Assembly: GCA_964016885.1 (NCBI GenBank)
Contig: OZ024743.1
Span: forward strand, 368,218,001-368,282,000
Direction of reading: 5' to 3'
Origin: Eledone cirrhosa
Taxonomy: Eukaryota
DNA: 64,000 nt
The notes below the pieces were generated by a model. That model ran no database searches, was not told where the DNA came from, and saw only the letters and a program-made list of their open reading frames with translations. A program made the translations under genes and the position numbers. Below, piece by piece: positions 61,606-64,000 of the stretch (position 1 is its first letter; the number at the start of each line of letters is the position of its first letter).

Positions 61606-64000
61606 ATCATTATTATTAACTCTTTGCTTCTTAAGGATAACAACTATAGTAAAATACCAACCATAGATTCCCACATCGTTAACTGGACCCAAATATTAGC
61701 ATTGAGCGAATCCACAGTAACTAAACACACCAATACATAATTTATATATAATCACTGTTTTTTGTCCATTTTCCATGCTGGCATATGTGGTGCAGCTTAT
61801 CAATTTAATCAGTTTTTATTCATTGTTATTGCCCTTCTAGATGGTTAAGAAGAGCACATCTTACTTGAACATTTTATTTTGGTATGGTTTCTACAGCTGA
61901 ATGCCTTTCCTAACACCAACCACTATACAGGGTGTATTAAGTCCATTTCATCTTGGCATCAGCGAGATGTAATGTCCTTAATATGACTAAAGAGTCCAGT
62001 CCACTTTACATCATCTTTGTACATTTTATTGTGGCATTAGCACTAGAGATGGGCTTGGAAGGAGGTGCAAGACTAAAGAGTTGTCTCTACTCTACTTTAT
62101 GTTCAGCCTTTTTAAAAAAAAGTTACCAAAATGGTGAATAAAAATATCAGTGATGACTAAAAAGTTTGGAAGCCAAGTGAAAACTTTGAACAGCATGGTA
62201 GGATAGCAATAAAGATGGGAGTTGGTTAAAGAGTGTGAGTGAAGAAAAGCAATAGAGATTAGTGATGGTAGGAGTTAGATGCTAATAATGAGTCACTGAA
62301 GGGAAGAGGAAGTGATGGCTAGGAGCATTAGAATGAAAGGGTGATAGCCAGTTTTCTATATTTGCACCACCTCATGCCACCACTCATCACAGTAATTTAT
62401 CATCTTTGTGAGCTTGAACTTCCTCTGATCAGTCTTTACCAGTTTATCCCCTGTCTTAGGTATCTTTCCACAAGTTCCAACTATATGTACTCAACATTTT
62501 TTAATGCAAATAGAATCTGCCTAATACATCTCATGTGCATTCTTTTCTCTTGCACATTATATATGATTCCTATTATATTTTGTTTTTCTTAGCCCATTTA
62601 TATTAAGTTCTGGAAACCATTGACTTCAATAGATAAATAAAATAACAAATATATTTTTAGGAAGAGAAAATGTTTACTTTAGTTTCTCTCTATTATTTCA
62701 AAATACATTCATTAAAATTTGACTATTAAAGCAAAATAAGAAATATCTTTCGACTGTTGCACTATATAGAAGATAAAGCTTCTATATTGATTAACCTTTA
62801 GCATAAATGTTCATGAAATATTTTACCATTTACCCCCTCCCTCAAATTCCTTGTTTGAAATAAATAATTTTGGTCTCAATGAACTTACTTAAATTTTAGT
62901 TCTTCTGAAAAATAACGTCAGTGACAGTAAAATGATCTGAAATTAATGTAGAATAAAATAACAAGGAGAAGCCTATACCTACAGGGTTCTAATTTGATAT
63001 CATTTGATGTTTTGTTTTTCTTCTCTTTTTCTCTAGTTCAAAGCAATGCTGTGTGTCTTGTGGGTAATTAAATGCTGAAATAGGCAACTATGAATAGTAC
63101 AGTGTTTCATGCTCAGATTTGTAATATAATTTCATGGTAGTTCAAATTTATCATGCTGACATTATATAGATGTCCTATATTTATATAGTATATCATTATT
63201 ATCATTGTTATTACTATTATTGATCTTGTTGTTTCCCTTTTTCTTTTTTCATTAAATAATTCTACCTTCAGCTATTTTAAGATGGGTTTTTTTCTTATTC
63301 TAGTTCTGAATTCACCTATTTTTACAAGCATGCGTCTGTAAAATGCAGTCAATTGTAAATGCATTGTAAATATTTCTATTTCAGGCTCCTTTGTTGCATT
63401 CCTAGTTAACTATTCTTTCCTGTGTTGGAATTTTTCGCTGTCAACACATAACCATTTTTAATTCTTAAAAAAATATAAAGGGTAGATTTTGTTTTAGCCA
63501 GTGATTGTTTTTTGGTGTTTTCTTTCAATAGATATATTTTATTAAACAAGTGTTAGATCTGACCTTTAGATTCTTATTTATGAATTAATTTGGAATTTAC
63601 TTTATTTCTTTATTCCAAAAGTAAGTTCTATTCCCTATGATTTTAAACCTTGATGTAGATTCCCCTAAATTTATAAAGCTCAGAAAATGTTAAATATATT
63701 TTTTAAAAAATAGTTTCAATCAACATTATTTGTATTTTCTATTTAATATATTTCATGTATGCATCATTACCTTTGTATATGTACACATTTCCTTGGACTA
63801 GAATATATGTGAAGAGAGTTAACAGTATTATACTGAATATAATTATTTCATTGGCTCTAAAAAGCATTACATAAATTTTGAATTTATCAGATATTTCTTT
63901 TTAGGAGAACTGATGACATTAAAAAATATAAGAATATAATGAAAATATATTTTAATATATTATATTATTCTTTATCTTTTTATTCTACAGAAATAATTTC

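Noticed and set aside
62050-64000. Further host exons in the terminal AT-rich region
   Set aside because: No open frame with splice sites and Caspr-like sequence was seen; very short exons cannot be excluded

Overview
AT-rich eukaryotic DNA, inferred to be octopod cephalopod from its SINE and RTE-LINE content. The window looks almost entirely intronic. I found one credible host exon (36614-36817, +), which resembles Neurexin IV/Caspr. The rest is a nested pile of mobile elements sitting mostly in (TA)n tracts. There are at least four RTE-clade LINE families (my labels A-D); A, B and C carry a PHD-type finger inside the RT C-terminal region, and one A copy has an intact 1039-aa ORF. There are also Penelope-like retroelements (PLEs) of two types, a piggyBac with TIRs and TTAA target duplication, two mariner relics and tRNA-derived SINEs. 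The most striking signal is non-coding. About nine sequence-distinct minimal type-I hammerhead ribozyme (HHR) motifs occur, most as inverted pairs in short ORF-less fold-back elements at (TA)n tracts, with core variants (U3-A8, U4C) and one 100-nt stem II. A second signal is a covarying tandem-pseudoknot plus hairpin RNA module found in 3' UTRs of RTE A/B, apparently upstream of the RTE C ORF, and in the body of a SINE. All structures were folded by eye, and boundaries are approximate unless stated.
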